From the NCBI GenBank assembly GCA_963827655.1, contig CAWHCF010000010.1, positions 224,001 to 288,000 on the forward strand: 64,000 bases of DNA. Reading direction: 5' to 3'. Of this stretch, positions 30,814 through 40,455 are shown piece by piece (the first letter of the stretch is position 1; each line of letters begins with the position of its first letter). Source of the stretch: an uncultured Acidobacteriota bacterium. Its GTDB lineage: Bacteria; Acidobacteriota; UBA6911. Under the pieces are notes generated by a model. That model ran no database searches, was not told the DNA's origin, and saw only the letters and a list, made by a program, of their open reading frames with translations. A program made the position numbers and the translations under genes.

Positions 30814-31983
30814 CGTTTCACCCGCGCCATCCAGCCACCCCAGGCGAGTCCGAGTCGGGCCGAGAGGAAAGAGAACAGGAGCGCCAATCCCAGACCGCGC
30901 AAGCTGAGCGGGTCCTGGGCCTGGTTCCAGAACTGGTAACGCCAGGGACCCGGGCGGGCGTCGTACGACCAGATCCGGTCGCCCCCGAAGAACCAGTTGC
31001 GCGACAGCGGGGAAAGCAGAAACTCGGAGAAAAAGAACTGCGCCGCGAGGAAGAGCGCGAAGAACACCGCGCCCACCGCGGCTGCCAGGACCCAGTCACT
31101 CTTGCAGGTCGCGCGGCGGAGCAGGAGGTCGATCCCAAACGCGGGGATTACAAGGAGCAACGGAAAGGCCGGCGGCACCATGTGGGTCACGCGGTTGTAG
31201 ATCGGGCCGAGCAGCGGTTCGGCCGGAAAGAGCGGCAGAATCCAGAGCATCGCTGCGATCAGCAGCATGTAAACGGCGGCCGCGGTGGTCGCGGGCCAGC
31301 GCAGCTTCGAGCCGCGCGCGGTCGCGAGGAGTAAGATGGGATACAGACCGCAGCTTATCTGATAGAAGAGCGAGGCGTGCTGCTGGTTGGGAGTGTTGTA
31401 CTCCATCACCAGGAGCGCGAACAGCGCAATCAGCACCCCCGCAGAGTAGCCGAAGAGTACCTGGACCCGCCCTGTCGGCGGGCCCCCTCCCGTTGTTCTG
31501 CCATGCTAACGAAAGAAGCAGCGAGCCCAGAATAATTCCGAGGATCCCGGCGGCAAGCACCGTGTGGGGCGGGCTCAGCACCTCGACGTCGAGACCATAG
31601 GCGTTGTGCCACCAGTCATCGAAGGGCGCGGAGGTCAGCATCGCAATCGCGCCCCAGATGGCGACCCACGCTCCGAGCGGCGCCCGGAAACCCCAGACCG
31701 GCACCGATGCGCCGCGTTCCGCGGCGCTTCCGGCAAAGGTCGTCTTGAGCGCGAGCCAACCCGAGGAGAGTCCGCCCAGGATGCCCCCCAGGTACATGGC
31801 CACGTGCGCCGGCGTCCAGAAGGTGTCGCGCCCGATCGTCGAGTGCCATGAGATGTCCCAGATGGCTCCGACGATGATGCTGGTCGAGCCCACTGCGAGG
31901 GCGTACAGGTACCACGGGACAGCGCTCGAACGCTCGGTCGGAACCGGCCCGACCTGGTCGAGAGACACGGCGGCGTTGGACAT
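30810..31983 (-). CDS. Polytopic membrane protein, PmoC/PmoA-like fusion; one frameshift near 31480-31490
   Basis: WDISWHSTIGRDTFWTPAH and FDDWWHNAYGLDVEVLSPPH motifs; C-half KLRWPAT...PAFGIDLLL...AAAVGA; GGAGG RBS; ORFs 31096-31983 and 30810-31436 join across a G-run. Confidence 0.75.
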
Positions 31984-32174
31984 CGAGACCTCCTTGCGTG
32001 GAAGCCTGCATTATACCAAAAAGGTTTTTGATGTTTCTTCGTGACTTTGCGTCCTGGTGGTATTTGTTTCGCAGCGCTAACCACGAAGAGCGAAGAACAC
32101 CAAGAAAGCGTGATAAGATGGCGGCAATGAAGCCAAATCCTGGCTGGGAGCTGAGGATGGTGGTCCGCCCCGTA

Positions 32175-34241
32175 ATGAGAGCCAACGGAGCTGTTCTTTT
32201 GCTCGCCTCGCTGCTCACGGCTGCCTCCGGTGAACTCCCGAATCTCGCGCCCCAGGTGCGCTCGATGTCACCACTCGGCGGCCGCGCGGGTGAGACTGTC
32301 GAGGTGGAGGCTTCCGGACAGTGGCTGGCGAACACACAAAGCGTCGCCTTTGTCCGCCCGGATATCCGCGCCGAACTCGTTTCCTCGGAGTTCGCCAGCG
32401 TGAAGCTCAAGATTTCGATTGGACCTCGGGTTCCCACCGGGCTCCACGATTACCGGCTGCGCACTACGCACGGAACGTTCGTGGGAGTTTTTCATGTCGC
32501 TTCGCTTCCGGCGATCGGCGAGACAGAATCCAACAATGATACTTCGCAGGCGCAGAACATTGCGCTTCCGGCCATCATCCACGGAATAGTGACCGCTCGC
32601 GACTACGATCTGTTCCGGTTCCACGCCCGTCAAGGCGAGACTCTGGTGTTCGATGTGCTGGCGCGGCGCGCCGGGTCAGGCCTCGACGCCACATTGGCGG
32701 TCCTCGACGAACGCGGCAATGAGCTGGACTTCAACGACGACTTCTACATCCACAAGGACCCGCATCTGGCTTTCACGGCGCCTCGCTCCGGCGATTACTT
32801 CGTTCAGGTCAGCGGGAGTGAGGAAGGCGGGTCGCCGTCGAGTCCGTACCGCTTGATCGCCGGCGCTGTTCCCCACATGCTGCGCGCGCTGCCTGCGGGG
32901 GCGCGCCGGGGCTCGTCCACGGAACTGAACATCGCCGGACTGAACCTTGACCGCGTCGAACGCCTGGTGCTCGGAGACGGGCTCGGGGAGGGAAAGGTGG
33001 TTCATGCCAGGCAGAATTCGCTCGCGGTCCGCCTGGAGGTGCCCGCCTCGGTCGCTCCCGGCCCGCATGCGCTGCGCGCGTTCGCGGGCGGAGTGGAAGC
33101 GCCCCTTCCTCTCACCGTGCTGGTTTCCGATTTCGAGGAGGCTCTGGCCTTGCCCGCGCGCAGCCGCGCGCAGCCACAGCCGGTTCGCATTCCTGCGGCG
33201 ATCAGCGGCGTGCTGGAGCAGCGCCGGACCGCGCATTTCTACACCTTCGAAGTCAAGTCGGGTGACCGGCTGGTCTTCGAGGTGGACGCCATGAAGCTTG
33301 GTTACCTTGTGGATCCCGTGGTTGGCATCTACACCCTGAATGGGGAGTTGCTCGCCTCCGACGATGACCGCTTGCAGCAAAACGGCGATGAACCACCCAA
33401 CCTGGACCCCTATCTCGTGTACCAGTTTGACAAAGCCGGTCAATATCTCGCCATGATTCGCGATCTGGCGCAGCGCGGCGATCAGAATTACCTGTACCGG
33501 CTCGCGATCTACCCGGCCAAACCGGATTTCGACGTGAGGGCTTTGACGCCGGCAATTACCTTGTACCGGGGTCAGACGGTGCTGCTTCCCGTGCGGGTGC
33601 GCAGACACGGCGGCTGGGAAACGCCCGTCGATGTCTGGTTGGAGAACCTGCCGCCAGGAGTGACCACGGACAAACGCGTTGCGGAACCCAAGCCGACCAT
33701 AGTCAAAGACAACTGTGCGCTGGACCGGCGCCTCGACGGCACAAATGTCGACCTGCCCCTTCATGTCTCCGCCAGTGCGTCGCCTGGTTCCTATTCGCTT
33801 CGCCTGCGGGCGCGCGGCGAGTACAGTGGCCGCGCCGTCGAACACAGTGCCGAGATCCTGTACAAATGGGAGTCCGTCGGCAAAGTGACCGGGGCCATCG
33901 CCGATCAGACTCTGGTGGCAACCGTCACGGAATTCCCGCCCGTGATCCTCGATGTGCCCAGCACATTCACCATCACGCCGGGCAAGCCGGCGCGCATGCG
34001 AGTGCGCGTGACGCGGTTCGACGGCGCTGAATCTCCCCTGACCATCGAGCCTGAAGCGCCTGTCGACGGCCTGAGATTCGAGAACAACGTTCTGGCCGCG
34101 GGAGCGGAACAGGTGGAATTGCGCATCATCGCGTCGGAGCTGGTGAAACCCGGCACTTTCCGGCTCCGCGCCGGTCCTGCGCTGTCGCAGAGCATCACAT
34201 TCAAGTTGCCGAGTCAGGGCGAGGAGGAGGACCCGGAGTGA
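32175..34241 (+). CDS. Secreted PPC (pre-peptidase C-terminal) domain protein of the DUF1549/DUF1501 cluster
   Basis: PLGGRAGETVEV, ETESNN, DLFRFHARQGE, DDF...DPHLAF; start uncertain (32157 or 32175). Confidence 0.75.
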   Translation: MRANGAVLLLASLLTAASGELPNLAPQVRSMSPLGGRAGETVEVEASGQWLANTQSVAFVRPDIRAELVSSEFASVKLKISIGPRVPTGLHDYRLRTTHGTFVGVFHVASLPAIGETESNNDTSQAQNIALPAIIHGIVTARDYDLFRFHARQGETLVFDVLARRAGSGLDATLAVLDERGNELDFNDDFYIHKDPHLAFTAPRSGDYFVQVSGSEEGGSPSSPYRLIAGAVPHMLRALPAGARRGSSTELNIAGLNLDRVERLVLGDGLGEGKVVHARQNSLAVRLEVPASVAPGPHALRAFAGGVEAPLPLTVLVSDFEEALALPARSRAQPQPVRIPAAISGVLEQRRTAHFYTFEVKSGDRLVFEVDAMKLGYLVDPVVGIYTLNGELLASDDDRLQQNGDEPPNLDPYLVYQFDKAGQYLAMIRDLAQRGDQNYLYRLAIYPAKPDFDVRALTPAITLYRGQTVLLPVRVRRHGGWETPVDVWLENLPPGVTTDKRVAEPKPTIVKDNCALDRRLDGTNVDLPLHVSASASPGSYSLRLRARGEYSGRAVEHSAEILYKWESVGKVTGAIADQTLVATVTEFPPVILDVPSTFTITPGKPARMRVRVTRFDGAESPLTIEPEAPVDGLRFENNVLAAGAEQVELRIIASELVKPGTFRLRAGPALSQSITFKLPSQGEEEDPE

Positions 34242-36395
34242 TCTTTGCAGCCGCCGTGCTTTTCGTATCGGTTTTCGCGCCCGTGGCGGCCGGCGAGAGC
34301 CCCAGCTTCGCCAACGACATCGTCCCGATCCTGACCAGGTCCGGCTGTGCCAACTCCAACTGTCACGGCTCGATCCGTGGTCAGGCGGGATTCAAGCTGT
34401 CCCTGTTCGGCTATGAGCCCGAACTCGACTATGACGCCATTGTAAGAGACGCGAACGGGAGGCGTATCGACCGCGCGGATCCAACCCGGAGCCTCATTCT
34501 GGCCAAGCCGACCTTTGCCATCCCGCACGGCGGCGGCGAACGCTTCAAGGCCGGGTCGCTCGAGTACAACGGCATCCTGGAGTGGATCAAATCCGGAGCC
34601 GCGTTCGACACGCCGGGCGCGCCGCGGCTGAAGGAGCTTCAGGTGTCGCCCGCCGAGATGCTGATCACCGGCATCAATTCTCGAGCCGGCCTGTCGGTCG
34701 CAGGCGCATACACGGACGGCTCAATAGCTGACCTCACGAAAAAAGTGCAGTACACAGCCAATGACGAGTCGGTGATCGAGGTAAATGCGGCTGGTGAAAT
34801 CCGCACCCTCAGGGCCGGCGAGACGGCGGTCATGGTCCGCACGCTCGGCAAGGCAGTTGCCGTGCGCGTCGCGGTGGTGGCCCAACCGCCCCGGGCGAAT
34901 TATCCCGAGACGCCGTGCGCCAACTTCATCGACGATCTCGTCGTCGCCAAGCTCAAGCGGATCAACATCGTTCCCTCGCGGTTGTCGAGCGATCACGAAT
35001 TCCTGCGCCGCGTATATCTCGACACCGTCGGCGTGCTGCCCTCACTCGAAGAAACCCGCGCTTTTCTGGAGTCAAAGGATCCCGGCAAGCGAGCTCGGTT
35101 GATCGACACGCTTCTCGAGCGGCCGGAGTTTGCCGAGGTTTGGGCCACCCGCTTCAGCGACCTGTTTCGAGTAGGCTTGCTCGACCAGGGCAACAAAGGC
35201 GGCCGGCTGATCTACAACTGGATGCGCAAGGCGATCCGCGAGGACAAGCCCTATAATGAGTTCGTCACCGAACTCCTGACCGCCTCCGGCAATCTCTTCT
35301 ACAACCCGACGGCCAACTTCTATTACGTCACCGAATTCGCCGAACCGGAGAATTACGCCACCAACATAAGCCAGGTCTTTCTGGGAGTGCGGCTCGAGTG
35401 CGCGCGGTGCCACAATCATCCCTGGGAAAAATGGACCCAGGATGACTTCTGGGGCTTTGCGGGATTCTTTGCCCGCATGGGCGTGAAAGACACGTATCAG
35501 AATGATGAGAGTCAGATCCACCTGAAGTTGAAAGGCGAGGTGCTTCACCCGAAAACCAAGAAACCGGTCGCCGCCAAGTACCTGGACGGTCCGGCCGAAA
35601 CCGAAGGTCCTGATGAGGACATTCGGGAAAAGCTCGCCGCGTGGATGACGTCACCCGACAATCCCTGGTTCGCGCGGGCCATCGTGAACCGAATCGTGAA
35701 GCACTATCTGGGCCGCGGTCTGGTCGAACCCTTGGATGATTTCCGCGTGACGAATCCGCCCAGCAATGAGGCGCTGCTGGACGCGTTGGCGAAGGATTTC
35801 GTCCGCAGCGGATACAGCTTGCGGCATACCATTCGACTTATTCTCAACTCCCGCGTGTACCAGCTCTCCGAGTGAGCCGAACGAAACCAACCGTGATGAC
35901 GAGATCAACTATTCGCGCTATCCCGTCAAGCGTCTCATGGCTGAGCAGCTGGTCGATGCGATCACACAGGTAACCGGCGTGCCTGAGAAGTACCAGGGGT
36001 TTCCGCTGGGTACGCGCGCCATGAGCATCCCGCGAGGCGCGCCTTCTTATTTTCTGCAAGCCTTCGGCCGCATGAAGGCGCGCGAGGTCATCTGCGAACG
36101 CGACCTGCAGCCCGCGATGAACCAGGCGATGCACCTGATCAGCGGCGATACGTTACAGCGGCAAATAACGGCGAAGAACAGCCGGCTCGCGCAATGGCTG
36201 GAAGACCCTTCGCTGTCGGATGAAGAAGTGTTGAAGCGGCTGTTTCTGACCACGCTGGTGCGCGAGCCGGATTCCCGTGAGATCTCACTGGCGCTCGCGC
36301 CCATCCGTCTCCGCGGACCCGAAGCGCGCCGGCAAGCGTTCGAAGACGCCCTGTGGGCTTTGTTCAACTCAAAAGAGTTTACTTACAACCACTGA
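34238..36395 (+). CDS. DUF1549/DUF1553 domain protein with Ig-like domain, frameshift near 35870
   Basis: SFANDIVPIL..GCANSNCHG, FLRRVYLD, LECARCHNHP, NPWFARAIVNR, LWALFNSKEF. Confidence 0.88.
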
Positions 36396-37681
36396 TGAAA
36401 CATTTTGATCGCCGCGCATTCTTGAGAATCGGTTCGACCAGCGTTTTCGGCCTGCTGACCTACGGAGAGGTATTGCGGTTGCGGGCGCAGTCCCCCGCGC
36501 CGGCCAGACGCGATGTCTCGGTGATCCATTTGTGGCTTACGGGCGGCGTGAGCCAGCTCGACACGTGGGATCCCAAGCCTGACGCCGACGGCCGCTACCG
36601 GGGCCAGTTCAAGCCGATCGAAACCAATGTCAGCGGCATACGGATCTCCGAGCAGCTTCCGCTGACCGCCCGCCAGGCCCACAGGTACGTCATTATCCGC
36701 TCGATGACGCATAAGCAAGCCGCTCATGAAGCCGCCTGCAACCTGATTCAAAGCGGTCACAGCCCCCTGCCTACGATCCAATTTCCGGCTATCCAGACGG
36801 TGGCCGGAAAGGAGTTGCCGCGAGGAGGCGATCTGCCCTCGGTGATCGCGATTCCGGCGGCTACCGGGAGCTGGGACAAGGCTGGTTTTCTGGGGCCACA
36901 TTTCAGCCCATTCGAGGCGGGCAACCCGAATGTCGACAACTACCGCGTTCGCGATCTGGATCTTCCCCTCGGCGTCGATTGGTCGCGCGTGGACCATCGC
37001 AGATCGCTCCTTACGGTCGTGGACGAGAAATTCCGCCGTCTCGATACCAGAGGGGTCATCGAAAGCATGGACGCCTACTATCAGACGGCGTTCGAGCTCA
37101 TGCAGTCGGAGAAGGCGAAGAAGGCATTCCGCATCGACGAGGAGCCGGACGCGATGCGGGACAAGTATGGCCGCACGTCGCTCGGCCAGGGCTCTCTGCT
37201 CGCGCGCCGGCTGATCGAGGCCGGGGCCCGGTTCGTCACGGTGTCCCGCGGTTTCAACACCTGGGACCACCACAAGGATATCTTTCCTCTCTTGAAGAAC
37301 GACTTTCTGCCGGAGCTGGACCGCGCCTTTTCGTCGCTCCTGGAGGACCTTCACCAGCGCGGGCTGCTCGAAAGCACTCTTGTGATCGTCACCGGCGAGT
37401 TCGGGCGGACGCCCGAGATCAATGCCATGGGCGGCCGGGACCACTGGCCGAACGTTTTCTCTCTCGTAATCGCCGGCGCAGGAATCACAGGCGGCCGCGT
37501 CTGGGGCTCCTCGGATGAAAAGGGTATGTTTGTTCGCGACAATCCCGTTCAGGTCGCCGACCTGGTCGCCACCATCTACCGGAAGCTCGGGATTGACTAC
37601 GAGAAGGAGTACCAGAGTAACATCGGCCGCCCGGTAAAGCTCACGGATAACGGAAAGCCGCTCGACTTTCTGCTGACTTGA
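36395..37681 (+). CDS. DUF1501 domain protein (Tat signal)
   Basis: DRRAFL, GGVSQLDTWDPKP, LLARRLIEAGARFV, WDHH, GEFGRTP, GRDHWP. Confidence 0.9.
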   Translation: MKHFDRRAFLRIGSTSVFGLLTYGEVLRLRAQSPAPARRDVSVIHLWLTGGVSQLDTWDPKPDADGRYRGQFKPIETNVSGIRISEQLPLTARQAHRYVIIRSMTHKQAAHEAACNLIQSGHSPLPTIQFPAIQTVAGKELPRGGDLPSVIAIPAATGSWDKAGFLGPHFSPFEAGNPNVDNYRVRDLDLPLGVDWSRVDHRRSLLTVVDEKFRRLDTRGVIESMDAYYQTAFELMQSEKAKKAFRIDEEPDAMRDKYGRTSLGQGSLLARRLIEAGARFVTVSRGFNTWDHHKDIFPLLKNDFLPELDRAFSSLLEDLHQRGLLESTLVIVTGEFGRTPEINAMGGRDHWPNVFSLVIAGAGITGGRVWGSSDEKGMFVRDNPVQVADLVATIYRKLGIDYEKEYQSNIGRPVKLTDNGKPLDFLLT

Positions 37682-37830
37682 AGCAGGTGAAACGCGGACA
37701 GCTGGCCGGCGAGTTGTTGACCCAGGGTCGATCTCAACCAATCAGTCCGGCAAGTTCAAGTAATCAGGCAATCGATCTGTCGCAGCGACCCGGGACGAAG
37801 CTTCCACGATCACCAGCGAGAGGAGATTTT

Positions 37831-38718
37831 GTGAATCGTGCAAACGGTCTTATCGCCATGGTCTTCATGTTGGCTGCCTCTCCCGTGGCGCCAGTTTCTT
37901 TGAGTGTTCAGGATTCAAAGCTGCCCAATGTCCTCTTCTTCGCCAATCCGATGGGGTCCGACAACGATGTCATCCGGCGCTCTAATCCGGAAGTTCTATC
38001 GGTCGCAGAGCGATACTTCACCGAGATCACCAAAGGCCTCTTCAACGTGATCGTCACCCAGGACGGGACCGAGGTCACGGGTGAGAAGCTGGTCCGCTAC
38101 CAGGCCGTCGTCTTTTTCACAGCCATCAATCCTCCCGGCGTCGACAAAGAGGGGCTCATCGAGTGGGTCAAGAAAGGCGGGGCTTTCGTGGGAATCCATT
38201 CTACGGCGAATACCTATCAGAATTTTCCGCCCTTCGGCGAGATGCTGGGGGCGTACTACGACCGCCGTCCCTGGAGGACGAAAGAGAACCCCCAGACTAA
38301 AGTCAGGGTCAAGGTGGAGGACAGGAACCACGCCTCGACCCGGCACCTCGGCGACTCCTTTGAGATCGTCGACGACATCTACCAGTTCAAGGACTTCGAC
38401 CGGAGCAAGGTCCAGCTCCTCCTCAGCCTGGACCCGGCAAGCCTGGATCTAGCGAACCCCAAGATGAACCTGCAGGACAAGGATCTCCCGGTATCGTGGG
38501 CCAAGAGCCACGGCAAGGGGCGCGTTTTCTATACTGCTCTTGGGGACTGGGAAGCGACCTGGAAGGATCCCCGATACCGGACCCACCTCATCAAGGGCAT
38601 CGAATGGGCCATGGCCGAAGCCCAAATAGGCCGGGCCGGAATACCATCGTGCGGAGATCCGGCCTCCGCGCGCCGAGGCGGAGCCTTCTTGTGGAGCGTG
38701 CCAGCTCGGAGCGGCTAA
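37831..38718 (+). CDS. ThuA domain protein
   Basis: AGGAG RBS + GTG; GGAFVGIHS, GKGRVFYTALG, GIEWA. Confidence 0.82.
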   Translation: MNRANGLIAMVFMLAASPVAPVSLSVQDSKLPNVLFFANPMGSDNDVIRRSNPEVLSVAERYFTEITKGLFNVIVTQDGTEVTGEKLVRYQAVVFFTAINPPGVDKEGLIEWVKKGGAFVGIHSTANTYQNFPPFGEMLGAYYDRRPWRTKENPQTKVRVKVEDRNHASTRHLGDSFEIVDDIYQFKDFDRSKVQLLLSLDPASLDLANPKMNLQDKDLPVSWAKSHGKGRVFYTALGDWEATWKDPRYRTHLIKGIEWAMAEAQIGRAGIPSCGDPASARRGGAFLWSVPARSG

Positions 38719-38787
38719 GTTGTAGACGAGCGCGTGAGGAGAGCTCTTGAGCATCTCCATATCCCGTCGATTGGAAGAGAGGATAAG

Positions 38788-39228
38788 ATGAACGATGCGA
38801 CATCAATCAAGCCCGTTAAGCAGGGCCGTTGGTTGAGACGAGCAGGTATTTACGCCGTCCTGGCTCTTGCGCTGTTTCTGATCGGCTTCATTCCCATGTG
38901 GCTGACGGCGCGCTCGTGCGCCACCGAACTTCATCAAACGCAGGGCGAACTGCGCCTGGCTCGAATGCAGAACGGGCTGGCCTCCGCAGCTATCGATGCG
39001 CGCCGGGCCGAATACGAGTCCGCTCGCCAGGCAGCCAGCAGATTCTTTACCGAGTCGCGCGCCGAGATAGAGCGTGGAGAGGGTTCAGCCTTGACTCAGG
39101 CGCAACGCGACCAGCTCGGCTCGTTGCTTGCGCCTCGTGATGAGATCATTACCCTGCTCGCACGCGGCGACCCGGTTTCGGCAGACCGTCTCGCAGAAAT
39201 GTATGTCTCGTACCGCAAATCAATGTGA
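38788..39228 (+). CDS. Hypothetical membrane-anchored helical protein
   Basis: One N-terminal TM (FLIGFIPMW) followed by a helical domain; RBS present. Confidence 0.6.
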   Translation: MNDATSIKPVKQGRWLRRAGIYAVLALALFLIGFIPMWLTARSCATELHQTQGELRLARMQNGLASAAIDARRAEYESARQAASRFFTESRAEIERGEGSALTQAQRDQLGSLLAPRDEIITLLARGDPVSADRLAEMYVSYRKSM

Positions 39229-39351
39229 GCTCGAGGCGTCGACGGGGCCGCGTCTCCCTTTTGGACCCCGCGATTATTCCGTGCAAGCATTGCGCTTGAC
39301 TTTGCTTTTCTTTCGCTATATTGACACGCGCGACAAATTCAGGAGGAGATC

Positions 39352-39840
39352 GTGATGGGAAACCTCGAGTTCTGTATCGCCCGCCGCAAGGCCGAGTTAC
39401 CGGCTTTTGTTCGCGTGCTGAAAGCCATCCCTCAGGACAGGCTCGACTATAGGCCCGATCCGAAGGCCCGCACGGCCGCTGAACTCGCCTGGTTTCTCGC
39501 CCTCGCGGAGTCATCGCTTGTTCCCCTGCTCGACACCGGAACAGTCGACTGGAAGGAGGAGCCTCCCCCCGCGAAAATCAGCGATACGGTGGCCCTGTAC
39601 GAACGCAGCGCGGCCGCCATCAACGAGCGGCTCGGGCGACTCGACGAGACCGCCTGGCAGAAATCGGGGCGTTTCCTGTTCGGCGGCAACCCTGTGTGGG
39701 AAGCCCCCATTGGCGAGATGATCTGGGGGTTCCTGTTCGACGCCATCCACCACCGGGGGCAGCTCAGCACGTACCTGCGACCCATGGGGGGCAAAGTTCC
39801 TGCCATCTACGGCCCATCCGGCGACGACTCCGGGCAATAG
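39352..39840 (+). CDS. DinB family protein
   Basis: YRPDPKARTAAELAW, HHRGQLSTYLRPMGGKVPAIYGPS; AGGAGG RBS. Confidence 0.88.
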   Translation: MMGNLEFCIARRKAELPAFVRVLKAIPQDRLDYRPDPKARTAAELAWFLALAESSLVPLLDTGTVDWKEEPPPAKISDTVALYERSAAAINERLGRLDETAWQKSGRFLFGGNPVWEAPIGEMIWGFLFDAIHHRGQLSTYLRPMGGKVPAIYGPSGDDSGQ

Positions 39841-40008
39841 GCACTCGGCCTGGCGGTCTTATCGAGGTTCTCTCCCAGGGACTAATCTCAATCATTTCCT
39901 CAGTGCCTGCCGAGTCCAGGAATTTGTCTTCCCACTGCGATGCCGCGATAGCCGCGCCGGTTAGGTGGGCGAGCCGAAGCAAGCTTCGCCAAATTAAGGC
40001 GGTAGCAA

Positions 40009-40315
40009 GCTCTGAACCTTACACGCATCTTTGTATTGGTCCAGAACGAGTGGTTACGCCAGCTCGCGCCCTGAAAGGGCGATGGAAATTAGCCGGGGGC
40101 AAGCGGAGCGCTGCCCCCGGTCACACACGACCAAAGAGACGCGCCCCGGAGGGGCGCTGGACGCTGCCCCTCAAGGCTCCTGCGCCCCTTCAGGACGCAT
40201 GGACTATAAACGCCAAGACCCCGGGCTGCGCTTCGCTTGCCCCGGGGCTAATTTCCGTCGCCCCTTCCGGGGGCGAAGATCGCCGAGAGCAATGAGATGC
40301 GTGTAAGGTTAAAGC
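40009..40315 (+). mobile_element. MITE with TIRs and 4-bp TSD inserted in a REP-like palindrome
   Basis: TIRs gctctgaaccttacacgcatct / agatgcgtgtaaggttaaagc; GCAA at 40005-40008 and 40316-40319. Confidence 0.8.
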
Positions 40316-40455
40316 GCAAGCTACCGACTCGAAGGTTGCGGCATCGCGTCGCAGATGGAAACACAAACACTGTAAGCATGTAATAAGCGCTGGCAGGATG
40401 CGGACCGCCACACAGTGAGACCCGGATGCGGCGTCCCACATCACGGAGCATACGT

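Noticed and set aside
29326-31983. Naming these genes bona fide pmoCAB/amoCAB and inferring methanotrophy or nitrification
   Set aside because: Similarity is at motif and topology level only; PmoB HxH is incomplete and no downstream pathway genes are in the window
3235-37741. Long antisense ORFs (e.g. 3235-4593, 4274-5593, 26637-27950, 36383-37741)
   Set aside because: Shadows of recognisable genes on the opposite strand in high-GC DNA; no motifs
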